From assembly GCA_009914755.4 (NCBI GenBank), contig CP068257.2:8288001-8352000 (forward strand): a stretch of 64,000 bases of DNA, in the 5' to 3' direction. The number at the start of each line of letters is the position of its first letter. Within the stretch, counting starts at the first letter, position 1. Origin of the DNA: the human T2T-CHM13v2.0 reference genome, Homo sapiens. Positions 44,771-59,642 of the stretch are shown piece by piece. The position numbers and the translations under genes are program-made. The notes under the pieces were generated by a model. It did not search any database and was not told the origin of the DNA. It saw only the letters and a list, made by a program, of their open reading frames with translations.

Positions 44771-47700
44771 CTTCTTGCGGCCTATGTTAGAAAATTAAAT
44801 ACTCTCACCTAAAATCTATACAGAAGCTATCTGAGAAATTTGTTTGTGATGTGTGCATTCATCTCAAAGAGTTGAACATTTCTTTTGATTGAGCAGTTTC
44901 AAAACATTCTTTTTGTAGAATCTGCAAGTGGACATTTGGAGGGCTTTGTGGCCTATGGTAGAAAAGGAAATATCTTAACATAAAATCTAGACAGAAGCAA
45001 TCTGAGAAACTTCTTTGTGATGTGTGCGTTCATCTCACAGAGTTGATCTTTTTTTTGATGGAGCAGATTTGGAACTCTCTTTTTGTAGTATCTGCAAGTG
45101 GAAAATGAGAGTGCCCTGTGACCTATTGTGGAAAATAAATTATCTTCACTTAAATACTACACAGGAGAATTATGAGAAACTTCTTTGTGATGCGTGTGTT
45201 CATCTCACTGAGTTGAATCTTTTTTTGATTGAGCAGTGTGGAAACACTCTTTTTGTTGAATCTGCAAGTGGACATTTGGAGTACTTTGTGGCATATGGTA
45301 GAAAAAGAAATATCCTCACATAAAATCTATACAGAAGCAATCTGTGAAACTTCTTTGTAATGTGTGCATTCATCTCACAGAGTTAAAAATTTCTTTTGAT
45401 AGAGCAGTTTTGAAACTCTCTTTTGTAGAATCTGCAAGTGAACATTTGGAGCACTTAAAGGCCTATGGTGGAAAAGGAAATATCTTCACATAAAAACTAG
45501 ACAGAAGAATTCCGAGAAACTTCTTTGTGATGTGTGTCTTCACCTTACAGATTTGAACCTTTCTTTTGATTGAGCAGTTTGGAAACACTATTTTGTAGAA
45601 TCTGCAAGTGGATATTTGGAGCGCTTTGCGGCCTAAGGTAGAAAAGGAAATATCTTTACATAAAATCTAGAGAGAAGCAGTCTGAGAAACTTATTTGTGA
45701 TGTGTGCATTCACCTCACAGAGTTAAACCTTCCTTTTGATTGAGAAGTCTTTAACTCTCTTTTTGAAGGATCTGCAAGTGGACATTTGTAGCACTTTGTG
45801 GCTGACGTTAGAAAAGGAAATATCTTCACATAAAATCTAGACAGAAGCAATCTTAGAAACTTCTTTGTGATGTGTGCATTCATCTCACAGAGTTAACTCT
45901 CTCTTTGGTTTGAGCAGTTCTGAAACTCTCTTTTGTTGAATCTGCAAGATGACATTTGGGACGCTTTGACGCCAATAGTGGAAAAGGAAATATCTTCACA
46001 TAAAAACTAGATAGAAGCATTCTGAGAAACATTTTGTGATATGCGCATTCATCTCCCAGAGAAGAACATTTCCGTTGATGGACCAGTTTTGAAACGCTCT
46101 TTCTGTAGAATCTGCAAGTGGACATTTCAAGCGCCTTGAGGCCTGTGGTGGAAAAGGAAATATCTTCACATAAAAACTAGACAGAAGAATTCTGAGAAAC
46201 TTCTTCATGATGTGTGTGTTCATCTCACAGAGTTGAACCTTTCTTTTGATTTAGCAGTATGGAAACACTCTTTTTGTATAATTTGTAAGTGGATATTTGG
46301 AGATCGTTGTGGCCAATGGCAGAAAATTAAATATCTTCACATAAAATCTAGACAGAAGTAATCTCAAAATCTTCTTTGTGATGTGTGCATTCACCTCAAA
46401 GAGGTAAACCTTTCTTTTGATTGAGGAGTTTGAAAATCTTTTTGTAGAATCTGCAAGTGGATATTTGGAAAAGGAAATATCCTCACATAAATACTAGGCA
46501 GATGTATACAGATAAATATCTTTGTGATGTCTGCGTTCATCTCATAGAGGTAAAACTTTCTTTTGACTGAGCAGTTTGGAAGCAAACTTTTTTGAGAATC
46601 TACAAGTGGACATTTTGTGCACTTTGCGGCCTATTGTAGAAAAGGAAATATCTTCACATAAAATCTAGATAGAAGTAACCTGAGCAATTTCTTTGTGATG
46701 TGTGCATTTATCTCACAGAGTTGAATCTTTCCTTTGATTGAGCAATTTGGAAACAATCTTTTTGTAGGATCTGCATGTGGACATTAGGAGCGCTTTGCGG
46801 CCTATGGTAGAAAAGGAAATATCTTCACATAAAATCTAGACAGAAGCAATCTGAAAATCTTCTTTGTGTTGTGTGCATTCATCTCACAGAGTTAAAACTT
46901 TTCTTTTGATAGATTAGTTTTGAAACTGTCCTTTTATAGAATCTGCAAGTGGACATTTGGAGAGGTTTGAGATCTATTGTGGAAAAGGAAACATCTTCAC
47001 ATGAAAACTAGAGAGAAGAATTCTGAGAAACTACTTTGTGATGCGTGCGTTCATGCCAGAGTTGAATGTGTCTTTTGATGGAGCAGTTTGGAAACACTCT
47101 TTTTGTGGAAACTGCATGTAGACACTTGGAGCAATTCGCGGCCTATGGCAGAATAGGAAATATCTTCACATAAAATCTAGACAGAACAAATCTGAGAAAC
47201 TTCTTTCTGATGTGTGCATTCATTTCAGAGAGTTAAACCTTTTCTTTTGATTGAGGTGTTTTGAAACTCTGTTTGTAGAATCTGCAAGTGGACATTTTGA
47301 GCGATTTCAGGCCTATAGTGGGAAAGGAAATATCTCCACATAAAAACTAGACAGAAGAATTCTTAGAAACTTCTTCATGATGTGGGTGTTCATCTCACAG
47401 AGTTGAAGCTTTCTTTTGTTGAGCAACGTGGAAACATTCTTTTTGTAGAATCTGCAAGTGCACATTTGGAACGCTTTGCGGCCTGTGGTAGAAAAGGAAA
47501 TATCTTCACATAAAATCTAGATGGAAGTAATCTGAGAAACCTCTTTGTGATATGTGCACTCATCTCACAGAGTTTAACCACTCTTTTGTTTAAGGAGTTT
47601 TGAAACTCTTTTTGTAGAATCTGCAAGTGGACGTATTGAGTGCTTTGAGGCCTATGGTGGAAAAGGAAATATCTTCACATAAAAACTAGAAAGAAGAGCT

Positions 47701-50099
47701 CTGAGACAGTACTTTATGATGTGTGCATTCATCTCACAGAGTTGAACCTTTCTTTTGATTGAGTAGTTTGGAAACACTCTTTTTGTAGAATCTACAAGTG
47801 GACATCTGGAGCACTTTGCAGCCTGTGGTAGAAAAGGAAATATCTTCACATAAAAACTAGACAGAATATTTCTGAGAAACTTCTTTGTGTTGTGTGCATT
47901 CAACTCACAGAGGTAAATCTTTCTTTTGATTGAGCAGTTTTGAAACTCTCTTTTTGTAGAATCTGTAAGTGGACACTTGGAGTGATTTGAGACCTGTGGT
48001 GGAAAAGGAAATATTTTCACATAAAAACTAGAAAGAAGTATTCTGAGAAACTTTTTGTTATGTGTGCATTTATCTCCCAGAGTTGAACCTTTCTTTTGAA
48101 GGACCAATTACGAAATACTATCTTTGCAGAATCTGCAAGTGGATATTTCGAGAACCTTGAGGCCTATGGTAGAAAAAGGAATATCTTCACATAAAAACTA
48201 GACAGAAGAATTCAGAGAAACTTCTTTGTGATGTATGCGTTCATATCACAGAGTTGAACCTTTCTTTTGATGGTGCAGTTTGGAAACACTCTTTATGTAG
48301 GATCTGAAAGTGGACATTGGGAGCGCTCTGCGGCCTATGGTAGAAAAGGAAATATCGTCATATAAAATCTAAACAGAAGCAGTCTGAGAAACTTCTTGGT
48401 GATGTGGGCATTCATCTCACAGAGGTAAACTTTTTTTTTGATTGAGCAGTTTTGAAACACTCTTTTTGTAGAATCTGCAAGTGAACTTTTGGAGCACTTT
48501 GATGCCTATGGTGGGAAGTTAATATCTTCACATAAAACTGGACAGAAGAATTCTGAGAAACTTCTTTGTGATGTGGGGGTTCATCTCACGTAGTTGTACC
48601 TTTATTTTGATTAAGCAGTTTGGAAACACTCTTTTTTTAGAATCTGCAAGTGGACAATTGGAGCGATTTGCAGCCTATGGTAGAAAAAGGAAATATCTTC
48701 ACATGAAATCTAGACAGAAGCAACCTGAGAAACTACATTGTGATGTGTGCATGCATCTCAGAGAGTTAAACCTTTCTTTTGATTGAGCAGTTTTTAAACT
48801 CTCTTTTTGTAGGATCTGCAATTCGACATCTGGAGCGCTTTGACGCCTATGGTGGAAAAGGAAATATCTTCACAAAAAACTAGACAGAATAATTCTGAGA
48901 AACTACTTTGTGATGTGTGCATTCATCTCACAGAGTTGAACTTTTCTTTTGATTGAGCAGTTTTGAAACACTATTTTTGTAGAATCTGCAAGGGAAATTT
49001 GAAGCGCTTAGAGGCCTATGTTTGAAAAGGAAATGTCTTCACATAAAAACTACATAGAATCATTCTGAGACCTTCTTAGTGATGTGTGCATTCATCTCCC
49101 AGAGTTGAAACTTTCTTTTGATGGACCAGTTTGGAAATAGTTTTTTGTAGAGTCTGCATGTGGACGTTTCGAGCGCCTTGAGGCCTATGGTGGAAAATGA
49201 AATTTCTACACATAAAAACTAGACAGAAGAATTCTGAGAAACGTCTTTGGAATGTGTGTGTTCATCTCACAGAGTTGAACACTTCTTTTGATTGAGCAGT
49301 TTGGAAACACTCATTTTGTAGAATCTGCAAGTGGAGATTTGGAGCGCTTTGCGGCCTATGGTAGAAAAGGAAATATCTTCACATAAAATCTAGACAGAAG
49401 CAATCTGAGAAACTTCTTTGTGATGAGTACATTCATCTCACAGAGTTAAACCTTACTTTAGATTGAGCAGTTTTGAAAATCTCTTTTTGCAGAATCTGCA
49501 AGTGGACATTTGGAGCGCTTTGAGGCCTACGGTCTAAAAAGAAATACCTTTATATGAAAACAAGATAGAAGAATTCTGAGAAACTTCTTTGTGATGTGTG
49601 CATTCATCTCACAGAGTTGAAACTTTCTTTTGATTCAGCAGTTTGGAAACACTCTTTTTGTAGAATCTGCAAGTGGACATTTGGAACGCTTTGGGGCCCA
49701 TGGTGGAAATGGAAATATCTTCACATAAACACTAGGCAGAAGAATTCTGAGAAACTTCTTTGTGATGTCTGCATTCAATTGACAGAGTTGAATCTTTCCT
49801 TTGATTTGAGCAGTTTGGAAACACTCTTTTTATAGAATCTACTTTTGGACATTTGGAGCGCTTTGTGGCCTATGTTAGAAAAGGAAATATCTTCACATAA
49901 AATCTAGACAAAAGCAATCTGAGAAACTTCCTTGTGATGAGTGCATTCATCTCATAGAGTTAAACCCTTCTTTTGACTAAGCAGTTTTGAAACTCTCCTT
50001 TTGTAGAATCTGGAAGTGGACATTTAGAGCACTTTGAGGCCTATTGGGGAAAAGGGAATATCTTCACATAAATACTAGACAGAAGAATTCTGAGAAACT

Positions 50100-50780
50100 T
50101 TTTGTGATGTGCGCATTACCTCACAGAGTTGAACCTTTCTTTTGATTGAGCAGTTTGGAAACACTCTTTTTGTAGACTCTGCACGTAGATATTTGGAGCA
50201 CCTTGTGGCCCATGTTAGAAAAGGAAATATCCTCACATAAAATCTAGACAGAAGCAATCTGAGAAAGTTCTTTGTGATGTGTGCATTCATAACACAGAGG
50301 TAAACCTTTCTTTTGATTGAACAGTTTTGAAACTCTCTTTTTGTAGAATCTGCAAGTGGACATTTACAGTGCTTTGAGGCCTACTGTGGAAAAGGAAATA
50401 TCTTCACATAAATACTAGACAGAACAATTCTGAGAAACTTCTTTGTGATGTGTGCATTACCTCACAGAGTTGCACTTTTCTTTTGATTGAGCAGTTTGGA
50501 AACACTCTATTTGTAGAATCTGCAAGTGGACATTTGGAGCACCTTGCGGCCATGTTAGAAAGGGAAGTATCTTCACATAAAATCTAGACAGAAGCAATCT
50601 GAGAAAGTTCTTTGTGATGTGTGCATTCATAACACAGAGGTAAACCTTTCTTTTGATTGAACAGTTTTGAAACTCTCTTTTTGTAGAATCTGCAAGTGGA
50701 CATTTGAAGAGCTTTGAGGACTATGGTGGAAAAGGAAATATCTTCACATAAAAACTAGACAGAAAAATTCTGAGAAACTT
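50100..50780 (+). repeat. Tandem pair of ~340-bp Y-class dimers at about 95% identity
   Basis: ...cttgtggcccatgttagaaaaggaaatatcctcacataaaatctagacagaagcaatctgagaaagttctttgtgatgtgtgcattcataacacagaggtaaacctttcttttgattgaacagttttgaaactctctttttgtagaatctgcaagtggacattt... is repeated from about 50440. Confidence 0.85.
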
Positions 50781-50934
50781 CTTTGTTATGTGTACATTCA
50801 TCTCACCGAGTTGAATCTTTCTTTTGATACAGCAGTTTGGAAACACTCTTTTTATAGATTCTGCTAGCAGACATTTGAGCACTTTGCAGCATATGGTAGA
50901 AAAGGTAATATCTTCACATAAAATCTAGACAGAA

Positions 50935-51615
50935 GCAATCTGAGAAACTTCTTTGTGATGTGTTCCTTCAACTCAAGGAGTTAAACATTTCTTTTGGTTG
51001 AGGAGTTTTGAAACTCTCTTTTTGTCAAATCTGCAAGTGAACATTTGGAGCGCTTTGGGGCACATGGTGGAAAAGGAAATATCTTCACATAAAAAATAGG
51101 CAGAAGAATTCTGAGAAACTTCTTTGTGATGTGTGCGTTCATTTCACAGAGTTGAATCTTTCCTTTGAGCAGTTTGGAAACACTTTTTATAGAATCTACT
51201 TTTGGACATTTGGAGCGCCTTGCGGCCTATGGTAGAAAAGGAAATATCTTCACATAAAATCTAGACAAAAGCAATCTGAGAAACTTCTTTGTGATGTGTT
51301 CCTTCAACTCAAGGAGTTAAACATTTCTTTTGGTTGAGGAGTTTTGAAACTCTCTTTTTGTCGAATCTGCAAGTGAACATTTGGAGCGCTTTGGGGCACA
51401 TGGTGGAAAAGGAAATATCTTCACATAAAAAATAGGCAGAAGAATTCTGAGAAACTTCTTTGTGATGTGTGCGTTCATTTCACAGAGTTGAATCTTTCCT
51501 TTGAGCAGGTGGAAACACTTTTTATAGAATCTACTTTTGGACATTTGGAGCGCCTTGCAGCCTATGGTAGAAAAGGAAATATCTTCACATAAAATCTAGA
51601 CAAAAGCAATCTGAG
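50935..51615 (+). repeat. Tandem pair of ~340-bp Y-class dimers at about 98% identity, ending about 30 bp before the 51643/51644 strand switch
   Basis: caatctgagaaacttctttgtgatgtgttccttcaactcaaggagttaaacatttcttttggttgaggagttttgaaactctctttttgtc.aatctgcaagtgaacatttggagcgctttggggcacatggtggaaaaggaaatatcttcacataaaaaataggcagaagaattctgag appears at 50935 and again at 51275. Confidence 0.88.
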
Positions 51616-51642
51616 AAACTTCTTTGTGATGTGTGCATTCAT

Positions 51643-51644
51643 CC
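51643..51644. other. Abrupt mid-monomer strand switch of the alpha satellite (inversion or duplication breakpoint)
   Basis: Plus-orientation monomer text ...aatctgagaaacttctttgtgatgtgtgcattcatc is joined directly to minus-orientation text catagattttatgtgaatatatttctttttctagcatagg. A normal monomer would continue ...cattcatctcacagagttgaac. Confidence 0.9.
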
Positions 51645-53606
51645 ATAGATTTTATGTGAATATATTTCTTTTTCTAGCATAGGCCACAAGCACTCCAAAT
51701 GTCCACTTGCAGATTCTACAAAAAGATTTTTTCCAAACAGCTCAATCAAAGAAAGATCCAACTCTGTGAGATGAATGCACACATCACAAAGAAGTTTCTC
51801 AGATGGCTTCTGTCCAGATTTTATGTCCAGATATTTCCAGTTCTACCACAGGCTTCAAATCACTCCAAATGTCCACTTGTAGATTCTACAAAAAGAGTGC
51901 TTTCAAACTGCATAATCAAAGGAAAGCTTCAGCTCTGTGAGATGAATGCATACCTCACAAAGAAGTTTTACAAAATTCTTCTGTCTGGTTTTTATGTGAA
52001 GATGCTTCCTCCTCCGCCATAGGCCTCAAGCACTACAAATGTCCACTTGCAGATTCTACAAAAAGAGAGCTTCAAAACTGCTCAATCAAAAGAAATGTTT
52101 AACTCTGTGAGATGAATGCACGCATCACAAAGAAGTTTCTCAGATTTCTTCTGTCTATATTTTATGTGAAGATAATTCCTTTTTGACCATAGGCTGCAAA
52201 GCTCTCCAAATGTCCACTTTCAGATTCTGAAAAAAGAGTGTTTCCAAACTGTTCAATCAAAAGAAATGTTCAACTCTGTGAGATGAATACACACATCACA
52301 AATAAGTTTTTCAGAATTCTTCTGTCTAGTTTTTATGTGAAGATACTTTCTTTTCCACCGTAGGCCTCAAAGCACTACAAGTGTCCACTTGCAGATTCTA
52401 CAAAAAGACTGTTCCAAAACTGCTCAAACTAAAGAAAGGTTTAACTCTGTGAGATGAATGCACACATCACAAAGAAGTTTCTCAGATTGCTTCTTGTAGA
52501 TTACATGTGAAGTTAATTCCTTTTCACCATAGGCCACAAAGCACTCAAAAAGTCCACTTGCAGATAATACAAGAGAGTTTCAAAACTGCTCAATCAAAAG
52601 AAAGGTTTAACTCTGTGAGATGAATGCACACATCACAAAGAAATTTCCAAGATTGCTTCTGTCTATATTTTATGTGAAGATATTTCCTTTTCTATCATAG
52701 GCCTCAAAGTGCTCCAAATGTCCACTTGCAGATTCTACAAAAAGAGGGTTTCCACACTGCTAAATTAAAAGTAAGGTTCAACTCTGTGAGATGAGTGCAC
52801 ACATTACAAAGAAGTTTCTCAGAATGCTTCTTTCTCTTTATTATACGAAGATATTTCGTTATCCACCACAGGCCTCAAAGACCTCCAAATGTCCACTTGC
52901 AGATTCTACAAAGAGAGTGTTTCAAAACTGCTCAATCAAAAGTAACGTTCAACTCTGTGAGATGAATGCACACATCACAAAGGTGTTTGTCAGAATGTGT
53001 CTGTCTAGATTTTATGTGAAGATATTTCCTTTTCTACCATAAGACTCAAAGCACTAGAAATGTCCACTTGCAGACTCCAGTAAAAGAGGTTTTCAAACCT
53101 GCTCAATCAAAATAAATGTTCAACTCTCTGAGATGAATGCACACATCACAAAGAAGTTTGTCAGAATGCTTCTGTGTAGTTCTTATGTGACGATATTTCC
53201 TTTTCCACCAAAGGCGTCAAAGCACTCCAAATGTCCAATCACAGATTTTACCAAAAGGGGGCTTCAAAACTGCTAAATCAAAAGTAAGGTTCAACTCTGT
53301 AGGATGAATGCACATATCACAAAGAAGGTTGTCAGAATGCTTCTGTCTAGTGTTTATGCGAAGATATTTCCTTTTTACCATAGGCCTAAAAGTGCGCAAA
53401 ATATCCACTTGCAGATTTTACAAAAAGAGTTCTTCCAAACTGCTAAATCAAAAGAAAGGTTCAACTCTGTGGGATGAATGCACACATCACAAAGAAGTTT
53501 CTTAGAATGCTTCTGTCTAGTTATTATATGAATATATTTTGTTATCCACCATAGGCCTCAAAGCTCTCCAAATGTCCACTTGCAGATTCTACAAAGAGAG
53601 TGTTCT
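51644..53606 (-). repeat. Alpha satellite, minus orientation, class Y (about 11.5 monomers), the 5' flank of L1 copy 2. Its proximal ~1.1 kb is paralogous to 25822-26750 in inverted orientation
   Basis: Starts in mid-monomer with catagattttatgtgaatatatttctttttctagcataggccacaagcactccaaatgtccacttgcag. It ends ...ccaaatgtccacttgcagattctacaaagagagtgttctg directly abutting gggagaggaaccaagatgg of the L1. Confidence 0.92.
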
Positions 53607-54513
53607 GGGAGAGGAACCAAGATGGCTGAATAGGAACAGCTCCGGACTACAGCACCCTGTGTGAGCAACGCAGAAGACGGGTGATTTCTGCATTTCCATC
53701 TGAGGTAACGGGTTCATCTCACTAGTGAGTGCCAGACAGTGGGAGCAGGTCAGTGGGTGCGCGCACCGTGCAGGAGCCAAAGCAGGGTGAGGCATTGCCT
53801 CACTCGGGAAGGACTAGGGGTCAGGGAGTTCCCTTTCCTAGTCAAAGAAATGGGTGACATACGGCACCGAGAATTCAGGTCACTCCCACCCGAATACTGC
53901 GCTTTTCCCATGGGCTTAAAAAATGCCACACGAAGAGATTATATCCCGCACCTGGCTTGGAGGGTCCTACGCCTACGGAGTCTCACTGATTGCTAGCACA
54001 GCTGTCTGAGATCAAACTGCAAGGAGGCAGTGAGGCTAGGGGAGGGGCGCCCGCCATTGCCCAGGCTTGCTAAGGTAAACAAAGCAGCTGGGAAGCTCGA
54101 AATGGGTGGAGCCCACCTCAGCTCAAGGAGGCCTGCCTGCCTCTGTAGGCTCCACCTCTGGGGGCAGGACACAGACAAACAAAAAGTCAGCAGTAACCTC
54201 TGCAGACGTAAATGTCCCTGTCTGACAGCTTTGAAGAGAGCAGTGGTTCTCCCAGCACGCAGCTGGAGATCTAAGCATGGGCAGACTGTCTCCTCAACTG
54301 GGGCCCTGACCCCTGACCCCTGAGCAGCCTAACTGGGAGGCACCCACCCAGCAGGGGCAGACTGACACCTCACATGGCCAGGTACTTCAACAGACGTGCA
54401 GCTGAGGGTCCTGTTTGTTAGAAGGAAAACTAACAAACAGAAAGGACATCCACAGCAAAAACCCATCAGTACCTCACCATCATCAAAGACCAAAAGTAGA
54501 TAAAACCACAAAG
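53607..54513 (+). promoter_or_regulatory. L1 5'UTR (internal promoter) of copy 2
   Basis: Canonical L1 5'UTR sequence. The YY1-box region reads caagatggctg (CpG lost). The ORF1 ATG is at 54514 (aagATGgggaaaaaacagagcagaaaaactggaaactc). Confidence 0.75.
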
Positions 54514-55530
54514 ATGGGGAAAAAACAGAGCAGAAAAACTGGAAACTCTAAAAAGCAGAGCGCCTCTCCTCCTCCAAAGGAATGCAGTTCCTCACCAGCA
54601 ATGGAACAAAGCTGGATGGAGAATGACTTTGACTAGCTGAGAGAAGAAGGCTTCAGATGATTAAATTACTCTGAGCTACAGGAGGACATTCAAACCAAAG
54701 ACAAAGAAGTTGAAAACGTTGAAAAAAATTTAGAAGGTTGTATAACTAGAATAACCAACACAGAGAAGTGCTTAAAGGAGCTGATGGAGCTGAAAGCCAA
54801 GGCTCGAGAAGTACATGAAGAATGCAGAAGGCTTAGGAGCTGATGTGATCAACTGGAAGAAAGGGTATCAGCAATGGAAGATGAAGTGGATGAAATGAAG
54901 CAAGAAAGGAAATTTAGAGAAAAAAGAATAAAAAGAAATGAACAAAGCCTCCAAGAAATATGGGACTATGTGAAAAGACCAAATCTATGTCTGATTGGTG
55001 TACCTGAAAGGGATGGGGAGAATGGAACCAAGTTGGAAAACACTCTGCAGGATATTATCCAGGAGAACTTCCCCAATCTAGCAAGGCAGGCCAACATTCA
55101 GATTCAGAAAATACAGAGAATGCCACAAAGATACTCCTCGAGAAGAGCAACTCCAAGACACATAATTGTCAGATTCACCAAAGTTGAAATGAAGGAAAAA
55201 ATGTTAAGGGCAGCCAAAGAGAAAGGTCGGGTTACCCTCAAAGGGAAGCCCATTAGACTAAGAGCAGATCCCTCAGCAGAAACTCAATAAGCCAGAAGAG
55301 AGTGGGGGCCAATATTCAACATTCTTAAAGAAAAGAATTTTCAACCCAGAATTTCATATCCAGACAAACTAAGCTTCATAAGCAAAGGAAAAATAAAATA
55401 CTTTACAGACAAGCAAATGCTGAGAGATTTTGTCACCACCAGGCCTGCCCTAAGAGAGCTCCTGAAGGAAGCACTAAATATGGAGAGGAACAACCGATAC
55501 CAGCCACGGCAAAATCATGCCAAATTGTAA
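54514..55530 (+). pseudogene. L1 ORF1 remnant, disrupted
   Basis: Reads MGKKQSRKTGNSKKQSASPPPKECSSSPAMEQSWMENDFD, then a TAG stop at 54637. The downstream piece 54874-55290 (MEDEVDEMKQERKFREKRIKRNEQSLQEIWDYVKRPNL...KEKGRVTLKGKPIRLRADPSAETQ*) is in another frame. The terminal ...caaattgTAA is at 55528-55530. Confidence 0.85.
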
Positions 55531-55592
55531 AGACCATCATGACTAGGAAGAACCTGCACCAACTAACAAGCAAAATAACCAGCTAACATCAT

Positions 55593-59410
<3,818 letters not shown>

Positions 59411-59642
59411 AGCAATGAGAACACATGGACACAGGAAGGGGAACATCACACTCTGGGGACGGATGTGGGGTAGGGGGAGGGGGGAGGGATAGCATTAGGA
59501 GATATACCTAATGCTAAATGACGAGTCAATGGGCTCAGCACACCAACATGGCACATGTACACATATGTAACAAACCTGCACAATGTGCACATGTACCCTA
59601 AAACTTAAAGTATCATAATAATACAATAAAATAAATTAAAAC

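Larger units (their letters stand above)
44771..51643 (+). repeat. Alpha satellite, plus orientation, class Y, dimeric (about 20 dimers)
   Basis: Two monomer types alternate. One is ...gtggacatttggag.gctttg.ggcctatggtagaaaaggaaatatcttcacataaaatctagacagaagcaatctgagaaac...gttaaacc. The other is ...ggcctatggtggaaaaggaaatatcttcacataaaaactagacagaagaattctgagaaac...gttgaacc. The block ends abruptly at ...gtgtgcattcatc (51643). Confidence 0.93.

Noticed and set aside
44771-53606. A perfect palindrome centred on 51643/51644, with Y(+) and Y(-) as mirror arms
   Set aside because: The reverse complement of 51644-51900 resembles 51390-51600 only at generic monomer level (about 80-85%). The monomer-type order also differs, being B-A on the left and A-A on the right. 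An asymmetric fold-back with a 43-bp spacer cannot be excluded, but it is not supported by eye.
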